From assembly GCA_008632985.1 (NCBI GenBank), contig QPGO01000235.1, forward strand, positions 62,001 through 103,048: 41,048 nucleotides of DNA, written 5' to 3'. A program made the translations under genes and the position numbers. This document shows positions 1 through 13,200 of this stretch, in pieces. Origin of the DNA: Psammoneis japonica. Lineage: Eukaryota. Each line of letters begins with the position of its first letter. Position 1 is the stretch's first letter. Below the pieces are notes generated by a model that was not told the DNA's origin, searched no databases, and saw only the letters and a list, made by a program, of their open reading frames with translations.

Positions 1-752
1 AAGGAGACAAAAAGAAAAAGGGTAAAGGACAAACAAATGAAACAACTGAAAGATCTCACAATGAGGAAATGAACAACGAAATCAACGGGTGGAATGCCGC
101 AAAAAGCAACAAGAACTCTCGCACAAATTCCACGCAAAATTCACGCACCAAGGAAGACAACAACAAGGAGGAAAAACTCACACCTGATGACGAAAAACCC
201 TTTACACGAAGCAGAAAAAACAAAAAGGAGGAGAACTCAAAAGCAATCGCTCCGGCGAAAATTGCAATCACGGAAGAAGATCACATGCATGAAGAATCCT
301 CCGATGAAGACATCTTTCAACAACTCACAAGCAAGAATCACTCTACAGAATCCGATGAAGAAAACAAATGAGAAATGAATGAACAGGAGTCGCAGCAAAC
401 CGACACACTGCAAGATGAAGAAATCGAGGAAGAAGCGAATGACAGGGAGTCGCAGCGAATCGACACACCACAAGAAACTGAAGCCACCGACCAAACTGAA
501 GGAATTCCTTGGTGTCAGTTACGTCACAATGCATTTCTGACCATTCCACCATCCAAAAAGCCTCTGAAAGCAGTGGCCTCCATCCTGAGAGAATCCTTCG
601 CAACAATGCAAGAGATGCTTGGACAAGACGTTCGGATCGGCACATGGGACCCTGATCTAGAGGATGCTTTTGGTGAACCAACCTCTCCAGAAGACATTCT
701 GGAAGGATTGGCAAAGGAAAGAGAAATTCTAAGTGCTTTCCTGGGGGTGGAC

Positions 753-1913
753 CTCAGCTTGGTTTTGCCGTGTTTTTGAACAAAATTCCCCGGGATTGCC
801 ACCTTTTACCCTGTTTTTCTACGGAAAGGGTGAATTCCCGGGGAATCGACACAAATTGCCCTTCGTTGTGCATGCACCAAATGCACGAATAAAAAATTGT
901 GCATTGGCAATTCCCCGTTCTTCCCCTCTTGTACATTTCTACGTGTTCTGCGTGCCGGCATGCACAGAACCACACATCAGAATTGAAAATCAACAATCGC
1001 AACAAAAATGGGCAACACGCCATGGAGCGGCTCGCATCCCATTTATGACGGCTTTTGTCAAACAATGATGACACCAGTCAATCTAGTGAGTGACATTGCG
1101 ATTGACAGCATAAAATGTGAAATGAACAGATTCTTGATAGATTGTGTTTGGAAAAAAAAAGGTGTGTTGATGGATCGTTGCACTCATTCTTTTGTCGTGC
1201 GGTCACAAGTGCAAGCCACACGGCATCCACAGTAAAGTCCAAAGCAAAAGTAGAACTGTCTGTGGCAAATAAAAATGTGGCGGATTGAATGGCCTTGCTT
1301 GTTTTTCCAGTCGACACATCTTGTGTTCAGAATGAAGCGGATCGTTTAGAATCACTGTTGTCGTGCAGCTACAAATGCAAACCATGAGGCATCTAAAGCA
1401 AAGGCTCAGGCAAAAGTGGAACCTCACAAGGCTAATAAAAAATGTGGCAGATTGAGTGTTCATGCTCATTCTTTCCTTTGAACTGTCTCATTTGCAGAAC
1501 ACAGTGCATCGCGCATTCCTTCTTGTGTCGCGTGGTCACAAATGCAAACCACAAGGGCTCTAGAGCAAAGGACAAGGCAAAAATAGAACCTCACACAAGC
1601 AACATTGACACGGCTGATCCAATGGTAAAGTTTCTTCTTTCCTCACTCTGCCACAAGGGGCCGCTTTGTGTCGATGTGTCGATGCAATCATTGTCATCGT
1701 CGCTCGGTCATGGTGATAAAAGCACACCCGCCTAACTGTAATTACCACACATCACCGCATTCCATTCGTTTTTGTTCCCCTCCCCTGAGCCCTTTCAGGC
1801 ATTCCTTCCCGCAAAATTACCCTCATTTCCCGGGATTCCCCCAAAAGGGCAAGGCAACTTCCCCTCACCCTGGCCATTTTGGGGAATCCCCAAATGGGTG
1901 AAACCAAACCAAG
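753..1913. mobile_element. Non-autonomous TIR DNA transposon (MITE-like; hAT- or MULE-type TSD length)
   Basis: Flanked by direct repeat GGGGTGGACC (744-753 and 1913-1922; TSD 8 or 10 bp depending on boundary). Imperfect TIR CTCAGCTTGGTTTTGCC vs reverse complement of right end CTTGGTTTGGTTTCACC. Subterminal TTCCC(C)GGG(G)A motifs at both ends; no coding capacity. Confidence 0.8.
1185..1605 (+). repeat. Three degenerate ~165-bp tandem units inside the TIR element
   Basis: Recurrent gtcg..g.(t)acaa.tgcaa.cca...gcaaaa.t.gaac motif at ~1195, ~1360 and ~1527; aataaaaatgtggc.gattga follows the first two copies. Confidence 0.65.
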
Positions 1914-3150
1914 GGGTGGACCATCTCAACCCAAGAGTCAACGCCGAACACACAACATGTTGCCAACTTTGTTTCGTCCAGGTGTCAGAAGATTGCAGTC
2001 CCAGAATTGTGGCAGACTGTGGCGTGCAACTCTCAGGGATGTTTGCAGACATGGAAAAAGGCAAATTCTCCATTGGACGTAATCCCATGCCCTGTCAATT
2101 GACGCGCTTTGAATGCATTGGATGATGGTTGCATCAAAGCACCAAAACAATGAGCGAGCGGACATTGCACAAACAATTCAGCAAAGCTCTTGGCTCAGGC
2201 AGAGATTGCGACAGTCTTGGCATTCAATGGAGATCCATTGCAGGAAGGGACGGAAAAAGACCTGCCTTTGACAGGAACACACCGGACAAGAATCCGGAAG
2301 CTCTTCATGTCATCATCGAGTCCAGCAAAGTGCACAAAGTCAAGCTCGCGGCAGAATGACTGTGGAGGGCAGGTGCTCAGAAAAAAGTTCTGGGACTTGA
2401 ACTGCGCTTCGTTCCATGCCACTCGAACTCTGCCACACAGCATGCCTCAGACAAAACCAAAGAGAATGTCGACATGCTTCAAAAACGCCAACACTTCTTT
2501 TGCCAGAAAGTTGTTGGACAACTCAATTTCAGCTTTCTTGACAACCCGGACCATGAGATGCGTGTTGCTGGTGGAGAGACAACACTGTGACAGCATCTCA
2601 TGCAGAAACGGATGCCAGACCCCACCAACCCGGACAAGATCATTCCACTGATCCATCACCTTGATGTCAAGTGGAACAGACCAAATGATCATGCAATCAC
2701 ATTCCCGAGGAAATTGGTGGATCAAGTCTCACAAATGATCAACAACATCATCCCGGAATGTTTGCACATCTATGGTGCATCCGCAGAACCATGGTTCACG
2801 GCTGCAGGGATCGCCACGCACGAGCATTCGGGGTGCGATCCAGAAACTGGACTCACAACGTCCAAGGACAGTGAAATGTTGTCAGATGTGATCAAGGAAG
2901 ACCCCTGGGGCATGGAAGAGCAGTGGACGGATGAGAAAGCACAAACGAATGGAAAGGAAAGATGGAAGTCTTCTGATGGAAACAATCAGAGAAAAACAAG
3001 CGGACAGAAGGGAGCACAAGGCCCACCTGCAGCAGCACAGGAAGTCGCTGAAAAATTGTCTCAAGCTGCGGATGTAGAATCTGTTGGACATCTTAGAAAC
3101 AAGGATGACGACACACAGCATGCATCTGCCACGAGACGTTCAGTGACCTT

Positions 3151-3342
3151 TGTCAGCCTGTCTGCACCTGTCGCATGATGGACAGACTGGATGCGGATGA
3201 TGGCCAGACCATTCAGACAGACGAGCAGATCTCTCTGAGATCTGCTTCTCACTCTTTTCTTGCCAGCACTCGTGTTGTCAAAGTCCTGGCACTTTGGGGA
3301 GTCTTTAGACCATCGTCACCTCACACCTTTGGTGCTCTGTCA
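3151..3342 (+). repeat. 5' LTR of Copia 1
   Basis: TGTCAG...CTGTCA; 12 mismatches against 9768-9959 by manual alignment. Confidence 0.96.
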
Positions 3343-3352
3343 GGTTGTGGCC
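3343..3352 (+). promoter_or_regulatory. Primer-binding site of Copia 1 (GGTTGTGGCC, resembling the GGTTATGGGCCC half-tRNA-iMet type)
   Basis: Immediately follows the 5' LTR; resembles the copia-type PBS with a TA->TG change. Confidence 0.65.
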
Positions 3353-3519
3353 TTGCGCTGTGCCACAGACCTCTGCGCCAAGCTTTCCATTTTGATTCAT
3401 TTGTTTTGTGAGCCGACAGAGCGAGCCTCATCGTCTGATCCGACAACTTTTTGTCTGGCTTTCCCGGCATTTTTCATGACCGTAGAAACACACCAGATTG
3501 CTGCGCGCGCATGACCAAA

Positions 3520-5880
3520 AATGGCTCAACCAACTAAAACCATGGCATCTTCCGACCCCACTAAAGACGGGTTCCAATCCCAGGTGGGACTCCGTGTGAC
3601 ATTGGGCCCGTAGACTTCTGCGTGCAAGCTCTGCATTAAAGTTGTTAATCAACAAAAATGTGAATGATCGCCAACAGAAAAAGAGGCAATTTTGCGAACG
3701 TATCTCCTCCTTCACACTTGCAGCACATGAATGACAGTTTGCATGGTCATGTTCTGCAGACATTAAAGAATGTGCCCAGCGTGTTTTCATTGTCACAAAT
3801 GTTGAAAATAGAAAGCCTTTGGCTTCGCAAAACAGGAAGCATGAAACAATTTCGTAGAATGTCACACGTGGCCGTCTACGTGCGCGACATGCGGCGCGAT
3901 CCAAAAAACTGTTGATGTCACAGTTCAGTGCTGCGAGGTCCCACCCAGAGCTGGAACGCGTCTAAACCCGCTCTTCCGTCAATTGCAGAGATCTGCTACG
4001 AATTTGAGGCACATGCAACGATGCCACATCTACACAACTGCCTGAATGCGGTTTGTGCGGACTCCACAACCGATCTCGATCAATTTTTTGACGATCCAGA
4101 GCATGCGCAACCCAAGAAAGATTTTGCGGACATGATTCGTGATCATTTCATCTACGAAGCGTTCCCACCTTATGCAGCTGATCCTGCGGATGCAGAATCA
4201 ATCAAGACGATTGTGGATCAAGCCCCGTTTCGACTCATCGACCCTCAAAGGCCTCGTCTGGTCCGCTTGACGACTCCGATCTTGTCAAAGACGATCAAGA
4301 TGAACCTTCAGAACGGTGAACAATGCTTGTTCATTGCCACATCTGCCCAACACATGCATGTTGACCCGGACATGGTGTGGAACTGTTGCAACTGGAACGA
4401 GTTCTCTCTTACACCCTGTCAGCAGAAACAGCAGCCTCCGTCTCCTCCTCAGAAAACTGCAGGATCTAGCATGGTGAGTGTGAACGACTTGGTCAACGCT
4501 CTGCCTTCTGCAGTTTCTGCCAAGTCTCCTGGAAGCAATGCATCCTCCATTACATCCAAACACCTCTTCAATCCGAACACACTTCCAACAGATGTTCGTG
4601 AATGCTGTGACCGCAAAGAAGAAGGCAAAGTCACCCTCAAGAGCTCCCTCGTCCCCTGCGATCATGGATTCTGTCACTGTGTTGATGCATCCGATCGCAT
4701 CATCCTTGATGATGGCACCCTTTTCATCATGAGCTCGACCCCCGACCAGAAAATGTTGTTCAGGGAACCTCCTGCATGCCATGATGACTCTCCTCCTGGG
4801 ACACGCGCCTGGCACCAAAATTTCCAACGTCATGCCTTTGACTCGGGATGCTGCATGCATCCATTGTGGTGTTTTACCAAGGATCACGGTGGTGAGAAAG
4901 GTTTCAAGATCGGCAATGGCAAGGATGATGACTTGCCTCAATGCATGCACGTCCACTGCAAGGAAGCTCAGAGCTCTCTCCACAAGATTCTATCCAAGTC
5001 GGACATGTTCCCCAAGAACAGCAAGTGTCATCGGATTGTTGCATCATGCTGCGGCAACGGATGCAAGGCTCTCAAGCAGATCATCTACGAGAACCACCCT
5101 GCTTTCGACCACAATGCTCCAGGACTAGTTGATTCCCATCCTGTCCAAGGCAATCGATCATTGACGGACTGCCACATGATCTTCAATGATTTCCTACAGC
5201 CACGTGCCTGCACATTCAATGCAGACTCTACGTTGAGTGATCCACAAGAGATGACTGTCTTTGTCAAGAACACCAAGCATTCCAAGTTCTCATCTCGTGC
5301 TGCCAGAGATGAACGGAAGTCTCCAACCATGCAGAAGAAGCACACTGATGCACAGATTGTCGAGACTCTCTCTGATTTCCTCCGCCAGCCGGACAGCCCA
5401 TCCCTTGCCACCCGCCATCCAATCCCTGCCGCAAATGGAATCGAGCAAATGAGGACATGCGACACACGACCATTGATGTCAATGCTCTCCAGATCCCTGA
5501 GATCTCATCCATTGAACCTGTCGATGACTCTGCTGCTGAAGACACTGGTGCGGAATCCACACCTTCGGACACCTTTGACACTTTTTGCAACAAGTTGCAT
5601 GAACTCGAGGTCCCTTCCACAGACGAAGACCGCCTCCTCCATCATGTCTACTCGGCTTCAGTCCACAAACTCAAGGTTGCTCCAAACGAGGCTTCCAAGA
5701 AACCATGTCTCGTTTGCTCCGGTGAACACTCATTTGACGACTGTCCAGTCTTGAAGAACAACCCACACATCACCACTTTTGTCAATTCTTGAAGAGGGAA
5801 GCAGCTGTGCAAGCTTCTGAGTTCCAAGGACCCCAAGGACTGCTCCCCCCTCACCATGAAAACCCTGAAAATTTGACTGA
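3520..5880 (+). pseudogene. gag: Copia 1 gag (frameshifted) with CCHC zinc knuckle; start approximate
   Basis: ORF 3928-5754 plus frame 5457-5792 containing CLVCSGEHSFDDC (CX2CX3HX4C); lies between the PBS and the protease. Confidence 0.8.
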
Positions 5881-5985
5881 CTCTGGTGCCCCGCCCTCGG
5901 ATTTTCAATCGGGCCGTCGCAGCTAGTTTCGGATCTCCAACGCTGCCCGTTTTCTCCTCACCGAGACACCACTGATGTCAGCGGG

Positions 5986-8900
5986 ATGACCATGAAAGAG
6001 GGACTGACCGTCTCGTCATCTGTCGCTGAAATGCCTCTTTCTTCGCAGATTGACATGGATGCCACCCCCACCACTGCCATGAGGGTGTCATTTGACACTG
6101 GCAAATTGCCGGACGACGACCCTGCTCCTCAAGAAGACATTGTTGATGCTGCTCCTGCTCCGGATCCTTTGGAACAGGGGAGGGAAGACTCAGAAACACC
6201 AGAGTTTGAGGAATGCATTGACCTCACCTGTGATGACATGGCTGTCAAGGATGGCTTTGCTGCCGTCAACTCTGTTCGTGTTGCTCCAATCGACCCCCAC
6301 CAAGTCACCCAATCTCCTGAGCTGGAACTGCTGCGCTCCACTTGCTCTGTCAATGGAGTTAATTTTGCTCCAAATGAGCGTTGTGCTCAGTTGGATGCTG
6401 GTGCCAACATTGCGTGTGCAGGTGACCGTGACCTTCTTCATCGACACCAAGAATTCACCCCGTCCAATCCCTGCCCCCTTGCTGTCAATCCCGCCCTTGG
6501 CCATCAAGCTGTCCCAGTTGGATTCGGATGCCTGCAGATTCCTGCGGAGAACTCTGCCGGACATGTTGACGTTCGTGCACACTGCCACCCACAGATTCAA
6601 TCTACCTTGGTTGATGAACGACTTCTCCTTCGTCAAAATGGCACTCGTCGTGCAGATTGCAACGTTGATTGTATCCTCAAGTTCCATGATCTTGGTGCCT
6701 GCAAGTTTGTTGCACGACACCGACTGCGCAAGAGTCAGGACATCATCATTCATGGGAAGTTGATCAAAGGCAAATGTTTTACTCACCCTGTCATCCTCCC
6801 GGAATCTAACGACGCACTGGATGCATCTGTCAAGCGCCTCAAGACCAGTGACCCTTCTTTTGCCAATGAGTGTGAAGCGGTCTCTGCGTGTGTGATTGAG
6901 ACTTGTCGCACCCACCAACATGAAGCTCTTCGTGATGAACGCAAGTTGATCCCCCGAGCACATCAAGATGTCCCTTTCGAGAAGCATGCTGAGAAGAACA
7001 CTCCAGTCCAGTCTCTCAAGGCCGACACGGAACGTCTTTTATGGCATCAGCGGCTTGGTCACCCGAGTGATCAACACCTTCACAATGCCCACAAATGCGT
7101 GGAAGGTGTCCCCAAGTTTGCTCACGGAACTTCTCCCCTCAACACTTGTCCCACCTGTGCATGAGCAAAGCAGACAAAGGAACCTGCCGGTCCGAACACC
7201 ACTCTTGCTGCCACTCAACCCTGTCAAGGTCTTACGGTTGATTTTTCTTTCTCTGGCCTGCGCTCCAAGAACTCAGAGCGTGCCAAAGACCATGTTGGAT
7301 TGAATGGCGAGACTTGTTGGATCACCATTTACGATCATAAAACGAAGCGTCTCCATGGTGCAACTTGTGTCTCCAAGGCAACCCCTTTGAATTGGCTTTG
7401 CCACTTTCTGGAAGAGCACTCGCCAAAATGTCCCAACAAACATGTCTTCATGGATCAAGGAGGTGAATTGTGTCAAAATCCAGAGGTTTGGCGACTTTTC
7501 GAGGATGACTTTCACCATGCAATTCGTCCTGCGGGAAAAGATGCTTCAAATCAGAGTGGCCCAGTGGAACGCAGTCACTTGACTGTTGCCAATGCCATTC
7601 GGGTGATGCTCATTGGTGCCGATTTACCCACAAAATTCTGGCCATGTGCTTTTCATCATTTCACTCGGATCAACAACGCCGCGCCATCCCGTGGACAAAC
7701 TGCTGCTCCGATTGCTCTTGCCACTGGTCGAAAGGATGACTTCAAGAATTTCCGCACATTTGGTTGTCGAGTTTGGGCACGTGCTTCGAACCATCGTCCT
7801 GCCAAATTTTGCTCGGTCTCTCACAAAGGCATTTTCTTGGGCCATCTTCCGGACACCACCAAGAACATGCTCTGGCATGACACTGAGACTTCCCGTGTCA
7901 AGCTTGCCAAGCATGTTCGCTTCGATGAGGGCATGAACGACCTGTCCCGTGACTCGATTCCTCCGAATGTAGTCCACTTGGAGCGCACTCAAGATGGCAA
8001 AACTCCACCTGCCAAGACCTCAAGCATGATGGCACACGGCACTCCCGACAATGTTGTGATGGATCTCCCCGTGCTGCGTCGATTCTACATCGCCTGTGCT
8101 CGACACATTCTTTCTGTGTCAAACAACCCATCCAACGGATGTTTTTTGCTCTTGCTGCAACTGTGAGCTGCCCTGCACTTGGTGGTGATGCTCGTGACGC
8201 CTGTGCACATTCTCCACGGCCGTCACATCCTGTCCACGTTGCCACAGACAAAGCGCATGCTGCGTGGCACAAGGCTCGTTTTGGCATTGATTTGGACAGG
8301 AGCACGGTCCTTCCGATGCAACATGCACTTCAAGGACACCCAGAGGCCGGCGTGCTCTGGGAGACGCACATCAACGGCATTTTGTCTGATGTGAACTTGC
8401 TCTTTTGCAGCACTGCTCATGACAAATGCATCCATTCTGCCACTTTTGAAGGACACAAGGCATTGCTTCTCCGTCAGGTTGATGATTTCTCCCTCGCTTG
8501 TCCTGAAGAATCCATTGCGATCAAGATCTACGATGAGATTGGTGAGGCCCTCCAACTGGAATTGGAAACTTCTCCGCCCTTCAAGCATCTTGACATGATT
8601 GAAGAATTCAATGGTGTGGATGTCCATCAATGCAATGACTCCATTGGTGTTGCTGTTCACAGCTGTGTGCATCGGGTTTGTGCCTCGCATGGTTGGTCGA
8701 CACCGACGGACGAGGAACTCGATGATGACTGCAAGGCTGCACCTCTCCCGGTCGACTCTGTTCGTGAACTGCACACTGCCATTGGTCCAGCTGAAGGAAC
8801 CCCAGAGCATGCGGAGTTACAACAAGCTGCTGGATTCGGGTGCCGTGCCCCACTTGGTGAATTGTTGCATGCACATGTTGTCTGTCGATTGGATGTTGGG

Positions 8901-9588
8901 CATGGCATCACGACTCTGTCCAAGTTCTCCACTTGTCCTGCTGTGGTTCACTGCGATGCGCTCAAGGGCACATGCAAGCACCTTCGCCATGCCAAACATT
9001 GGGAATTGAACTGCAAGAAGCCTGCCCGAGACCCAAAACTACCCGCCTGCCCCTTCGAACGTCTCACCCCAGACCCAACCTTGCCATCGTTCCCTTGTCC
9101 TGAGTGTGATCATCAACTCGTTGCTTTCTTGGATGCTGCGCATGGCAATGACCTCCGCAACCATTGCTCTACAACTGGCCATGCTTGCATGTTGGCTGGC
9201 GCTGCCATGTCTTTTCGATGTAAGACCCAATCGGCGACAGCTGCGAGTTCCATGGAAGCTGAATTCCACGCGGCTGGCACTGCTGCCAAGCGCATGTCCT
9301 TTGCCTTCGTCACGTCCTGCAAGACCCAGGCTTCCCTCAGACTGAGCCAACCCTGCTGCACACTGACAATGAATCAGCAATCAAGATCATCAACCATTCG
9401 ATCCCGACCGAGCGCGCTCCCGTCACACTGAGATCCAGTTTTTTGTGATCCAAGAATGGAAGGACACGGGCAAGATTGTCACCAGACATGTCCCTGGCAT
9501 TGTCAACCCTGGCGATGACCTTGCCAAGGCTCTTGGCTGGGCACTGCACGCTCGCCATGCTCGACGCATGATGGGACACTGCTGTTGA
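5986..9588 (+). pseudogene. pol: Copia 1 pol: protease, integrase, RT, RNase H; stops, frameshifts and an apparent deletion between IN and RT
   Basis: AQLDAGAN (PR); LWHQRLGHP...CPTC (pre-integrase/Zn); FMDQGGE and NQSGPVERSH (IN); ALQGHPEAG and LLRQVDDF (RT); FLDAAHGND, SSMEAEF, TDNESA, NPGDDLAK (RH). Confidence 0.93.
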
Positions 9589-9758
9589 CACTTTTTTTTC
9601 TGCGGTGGCCTCCCTGCTGCGCACTGCCCCTTTTGTTTGATTGTGTGTTGGGCATGGACACTTGTCGTGTCCTGTGTGTTGTCTCTCTGTTTTTCCTCAC
9701 ATCATCCCTGTTCTTTGGTTTGATCTGCACTCTTCTACATGTTGAGATGTCACAGATC

Positions 9759-9767
9759 AGGGGAGGG
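9759..9767 (+). promoter_or_regulatory. Polypurine tract of Copia 1
   Basis: AGGGGAGGG abutting the 3' LTR. Confidence 0.85.
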
Positions 9768-9959
9768 TGTCAGCCTGTCTGCACCTGTCGCATGATGGAC
9801 AGACTGGATGCGGATGATGGCCAGACCATTTGGACAGACGAGCAGATCTCTCTGAGATCTGCTTCTCACTCTTTTCTTGCCAGTGCTCGTGTTGTCACAG
9901 TCCTGGCACTTTGGGGAGTCTTTAGACCATTGTCACCTCATGCCTTCAGCACTCTGTCA
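9768..9959 (+). repeat. 3' LTR of Copia 1
   Basis: Direct repeat of 3151-3342 followed by TSD ACCTT. Confidence 0.96.
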
Positions 9960-10289
9960 ACCTTTGATCTGGCAAATCTGGAAAATCATCACGAATGTGA
10001 ACAAGAGGAGGACGCATCCATCAAAACTGTGCCCTCAACCCGAGTGAAACTAAAGGAGGTACAAGAAATGAACAAAGCCCCAATTCAAGAATTAGAAAAG
10101 CTGCGAGTGGCAAAAGATCAAGACACTGGTCCGGCCCAGAAGGGCTCCAAGCAAAGAGACCCAGAAGACCATCCCAGCTCTCAGGCCGAGGGAGTGGGCC
10201 AGGATCCCCAGTCCCCACCATCCTCAGCGGTCACGACAACTGCCGCAAAAGGAGGATGTAAATCAAGACACCATTGGTCATCAATTGGA

Positions 10290-13200
10290 CGAGGCTTGGG
10301 GTGACAATGCGTCAATAAAATGACACAACGCCATCAGAGTTGCATTTCACAATGTTGGAGGGCTTCCAGTTTCACCTTCTTCTGAGGATGAACACAAAGG
10401 AATGATGAGTTGGATCACTGAACACCATTCTGACTTCACGGGCTTGACAGAGATCAATTTGAACTTCAAGCAAATCCCCAAACACGAGCAATGGAAAGAC
10501 TGCTGGAGAAGCCTTTCCAAACATGGTTCTCTCATCACAACCAACAAGCACTGCTCAACGGAAAACAAGAGGCAGTGCGGGGGAGTGGGACATCTCATAA
10601 CAAGGCATGTCAACCACCACCTAATTTCAAGTGGTGAAGACCCGTCGGGACCAGGCAGATGGACGTGGGTGCAACTGCGAGGCAAATCAGGAACACATGC
10701 AAGAATCGTCACAATGTGTTGACCGGTTGGGGACAACCAAGCTAATCCAGGTAGAGTCTGCTCTCAACAAGAAACACATCTCCTTTGCAAGAATGATTTG
10801 CGCTGCCCATGACGAGTGGCACTAGAAGACTTGGCAAGCCACATTAAGAAATGGCAGGCAGAGGGCGACCTCACAGCAGTTGGAGGCGATTTCAATGAAA
10901 ATGTCCAAGGGACAACCTTCATTGTGTGGTGTGGGTCGCTCCATCTTGTTGACGCATTGAAAACTGCGCATCCAGATCTTCCAGCAGTGGCAACATGCAA
11001 CAAGAATCAACCAAACATTCCGGTTGATGCAACTCTCATGTCGCCCGCCTTGGAAGTGACCAAGGCAGGAATGACAGGCTTTGGTGACTTCGACTGTGCT
11101 TCCGATCATTGCCTCTTATGGATTGACATTTCGAAACCCAGCGCACTGGGTTTCAACCCACCAAAGCTTTCCAAGACCATCTCAGACCGACTGGCAGGAA
11201 AATTAAATGACCCCCAAAGGTTGTGAAGAAGTGCGTCCAGCCAGTGGTGACAGAAATTTTGAAACAAGATCTGCCACAAAGAGCCATTCGATTGGAAAAC
11301 TCTGATGACTTTGGCCTTGCAGAACAACAAGAACACAAGCTGATCTTCCAACTAAATCATCAAATCAGGCTAGATGCAAAAGCACAATGCAGGAAACTGC
11401 ACATGAACGAGGTGGAATCCAGCAACGTCATTGACAAAGCATGAAAAGAGATTCACCTGTGGAGACCAGTGTACAAGCTGCACCATTTTTGGAGAGTCAG
11501 CATGAAGATCATCAACAGGCGGATGCAGCACACAGGAAGAATGGATGCACTTAGACTCCGATCCCACCAAGTGTCAGAAGAACACAAACTGGTGATGAAA
11601 AGACATTGCAAACTCAAGAAACAAGCAGCAAAACTTTGGCAAGATGAGTTCAAGATCCGATGTGCAAAACGAGCAGAAGAAAATGGCACGACCCAGGACA
11701 AAGAGGAATGAATCATTTGGCACAGCTGTCGACAAAAGAGAATGTTTTGTCACATCAAACGAGTGACTGGCAAATCTTGACCGTCCATTCAAACAGTCAC
11801 AGCACCAGGACCCGACGGGGTGGACAAGGCATTCTCAACTAAAGAGGGAATGGAAGAAGCATGCAAAGGCGAAGGACATTTTAGTTGTGGCCAAACTCGG
11901 ACAAGTCAGTGCACTGTTCCATTCATGAAAGAACCTCTCCTCAAAGATTTTGGCTGCAACTCGGACACTCCGGCTGTGAAAAAAGCATTAGAGGGAACAT
12001 GTGTCATTCCCCAAGGAGTGGATGGATGTGCAGCAAAATGTGTCAAGCAGCTCAAGCGACCAGAACCACCACTTCCGGAAATCCAACTGGACTGCACCGC
12101 TGAGGAACATGTCACGGGTTGGAAGAAAATGAAAGCCCACACAACTGGCAGCCCCTTTGGACTGACCTTTTTGGACTGCAAGGCAGGTTGCTCAGATGAA
12201 ACTCTGGTGGAATTCGACTCATGCATGTCAGCCATTCCGGCCAAACATGGGTGCGCACCCAGTTGTTGGACAAAGGCCACAGATGTCATGATCCCCAAGA
12301 AAACGGACTCATCACACGTTAAGAAACTCCAAATCATTGCATTGTTTGATGCCATGTACAACAAGATGAACAAGTGCATTGCAAGGGCTCTTGTCAACAA
12401 TGTGGAGACATGCAAAGCAATCCCATGGGAAGCGCATGGAAGCAGGAAGAGACATCAAGCAATTCTCTGTGCTCTCAACAAGGTGCTGATGGGAGATGTG
12501 CTCCGTCAATCACATTGACCGGGAGCCATCAATGGTGCAGATGCTAAATCATGCTGTGATCGCATCCTTCATGCGGCAGCCACCCCACACATGAGAAGGT
12601 TTGGAGCTGGAAAAGACGAGGTTTTTATGATGATTGGGACACTCACACAGATGAAGCACTGCGTGAGAACTGCATGCGGAGACTCAGCAGAACCATGCGG
12701 TGCCATTGAGATCCCATTGCAAGGAATTTTTCAAGGTCATGGAGCCACACCAGCCATTTGGCTCATGGTCAGCATCCCAACAATTGACATGCTCAAAGCA
12801 GAAGGCTGCGGCATTCGGGCATTAACACCGACATCCAAGAATGCGCACCACCATGTGTGTTGCACGTTTGTCGACGACACAGATCTTCCATGCTTCCCGG
12901 GCTCTGATGACTCAATGTGCGAGGATGTTCTAACTGAGATGCAAGAAATGTCCAATTGCTGGGAAGGAGGGATCAGGGCTGCAGGAGGTGTGCTGGTGCC
13001 AGAGAAAAGCCAGTGGTCCCTCACATCCTTCAAGTGGGAAAATGACCGCTGGACTTGTCAAAGCAAGGAGGAATCACCAGGCGACATCACCCACTGGATC
13101 ACGAGGGAAACAGGACAACGGCAGAGAGGATGGAGGTGTCGGAAGCAAGAGAAACGCTGGGGGTGCACATTGCACTGGACGGGAACTCGGATGCTCAGAT

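Larger units (their letters stand above)
3151..9959 (+). mobile_element. Ty1/Copia LTR retrotransposon no. 1 (both LTRs present, internally decayed)
   Basis: Two 192-bp TG...CA LTRs, 5-bp TSD ACCTT (3146-3150, 9960-9964), PBS, PPT, and gag-PR-IN-RT-RH domain order. Confidence 0.96.
1..10304 (+). pseudogene. LINE ORF1 in three segments (~1-752, ~1922-3150, ~9965-10304), with in-frame TGA stops and frameshifts
   Basis: ORFs 69-371 and 375-779 share a frame. ...LGVD|HLNPRV... rejoins across the TIR element and ...RRSVT|FDLANLE... rejoins across the Copia TSD. Acidic/low-complexity N-terminus; lies directly upstream of ORF2. Confidence 0.7.

Noticed and set aside
8460..8490. RT motif QVDD as an inactivating mutation of YVDD
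   Set aside because: CAG is not a single TpA transition from TAY; together with LQGHPE it looks like a lineage-specific motif.
9585..10304. 239-aa ORF with hydrophobic N-terminus (env-like)
   Set aside because: Chimeric frame running through the Copia 3' UTR and LTR into the resumed LINE ORF1.
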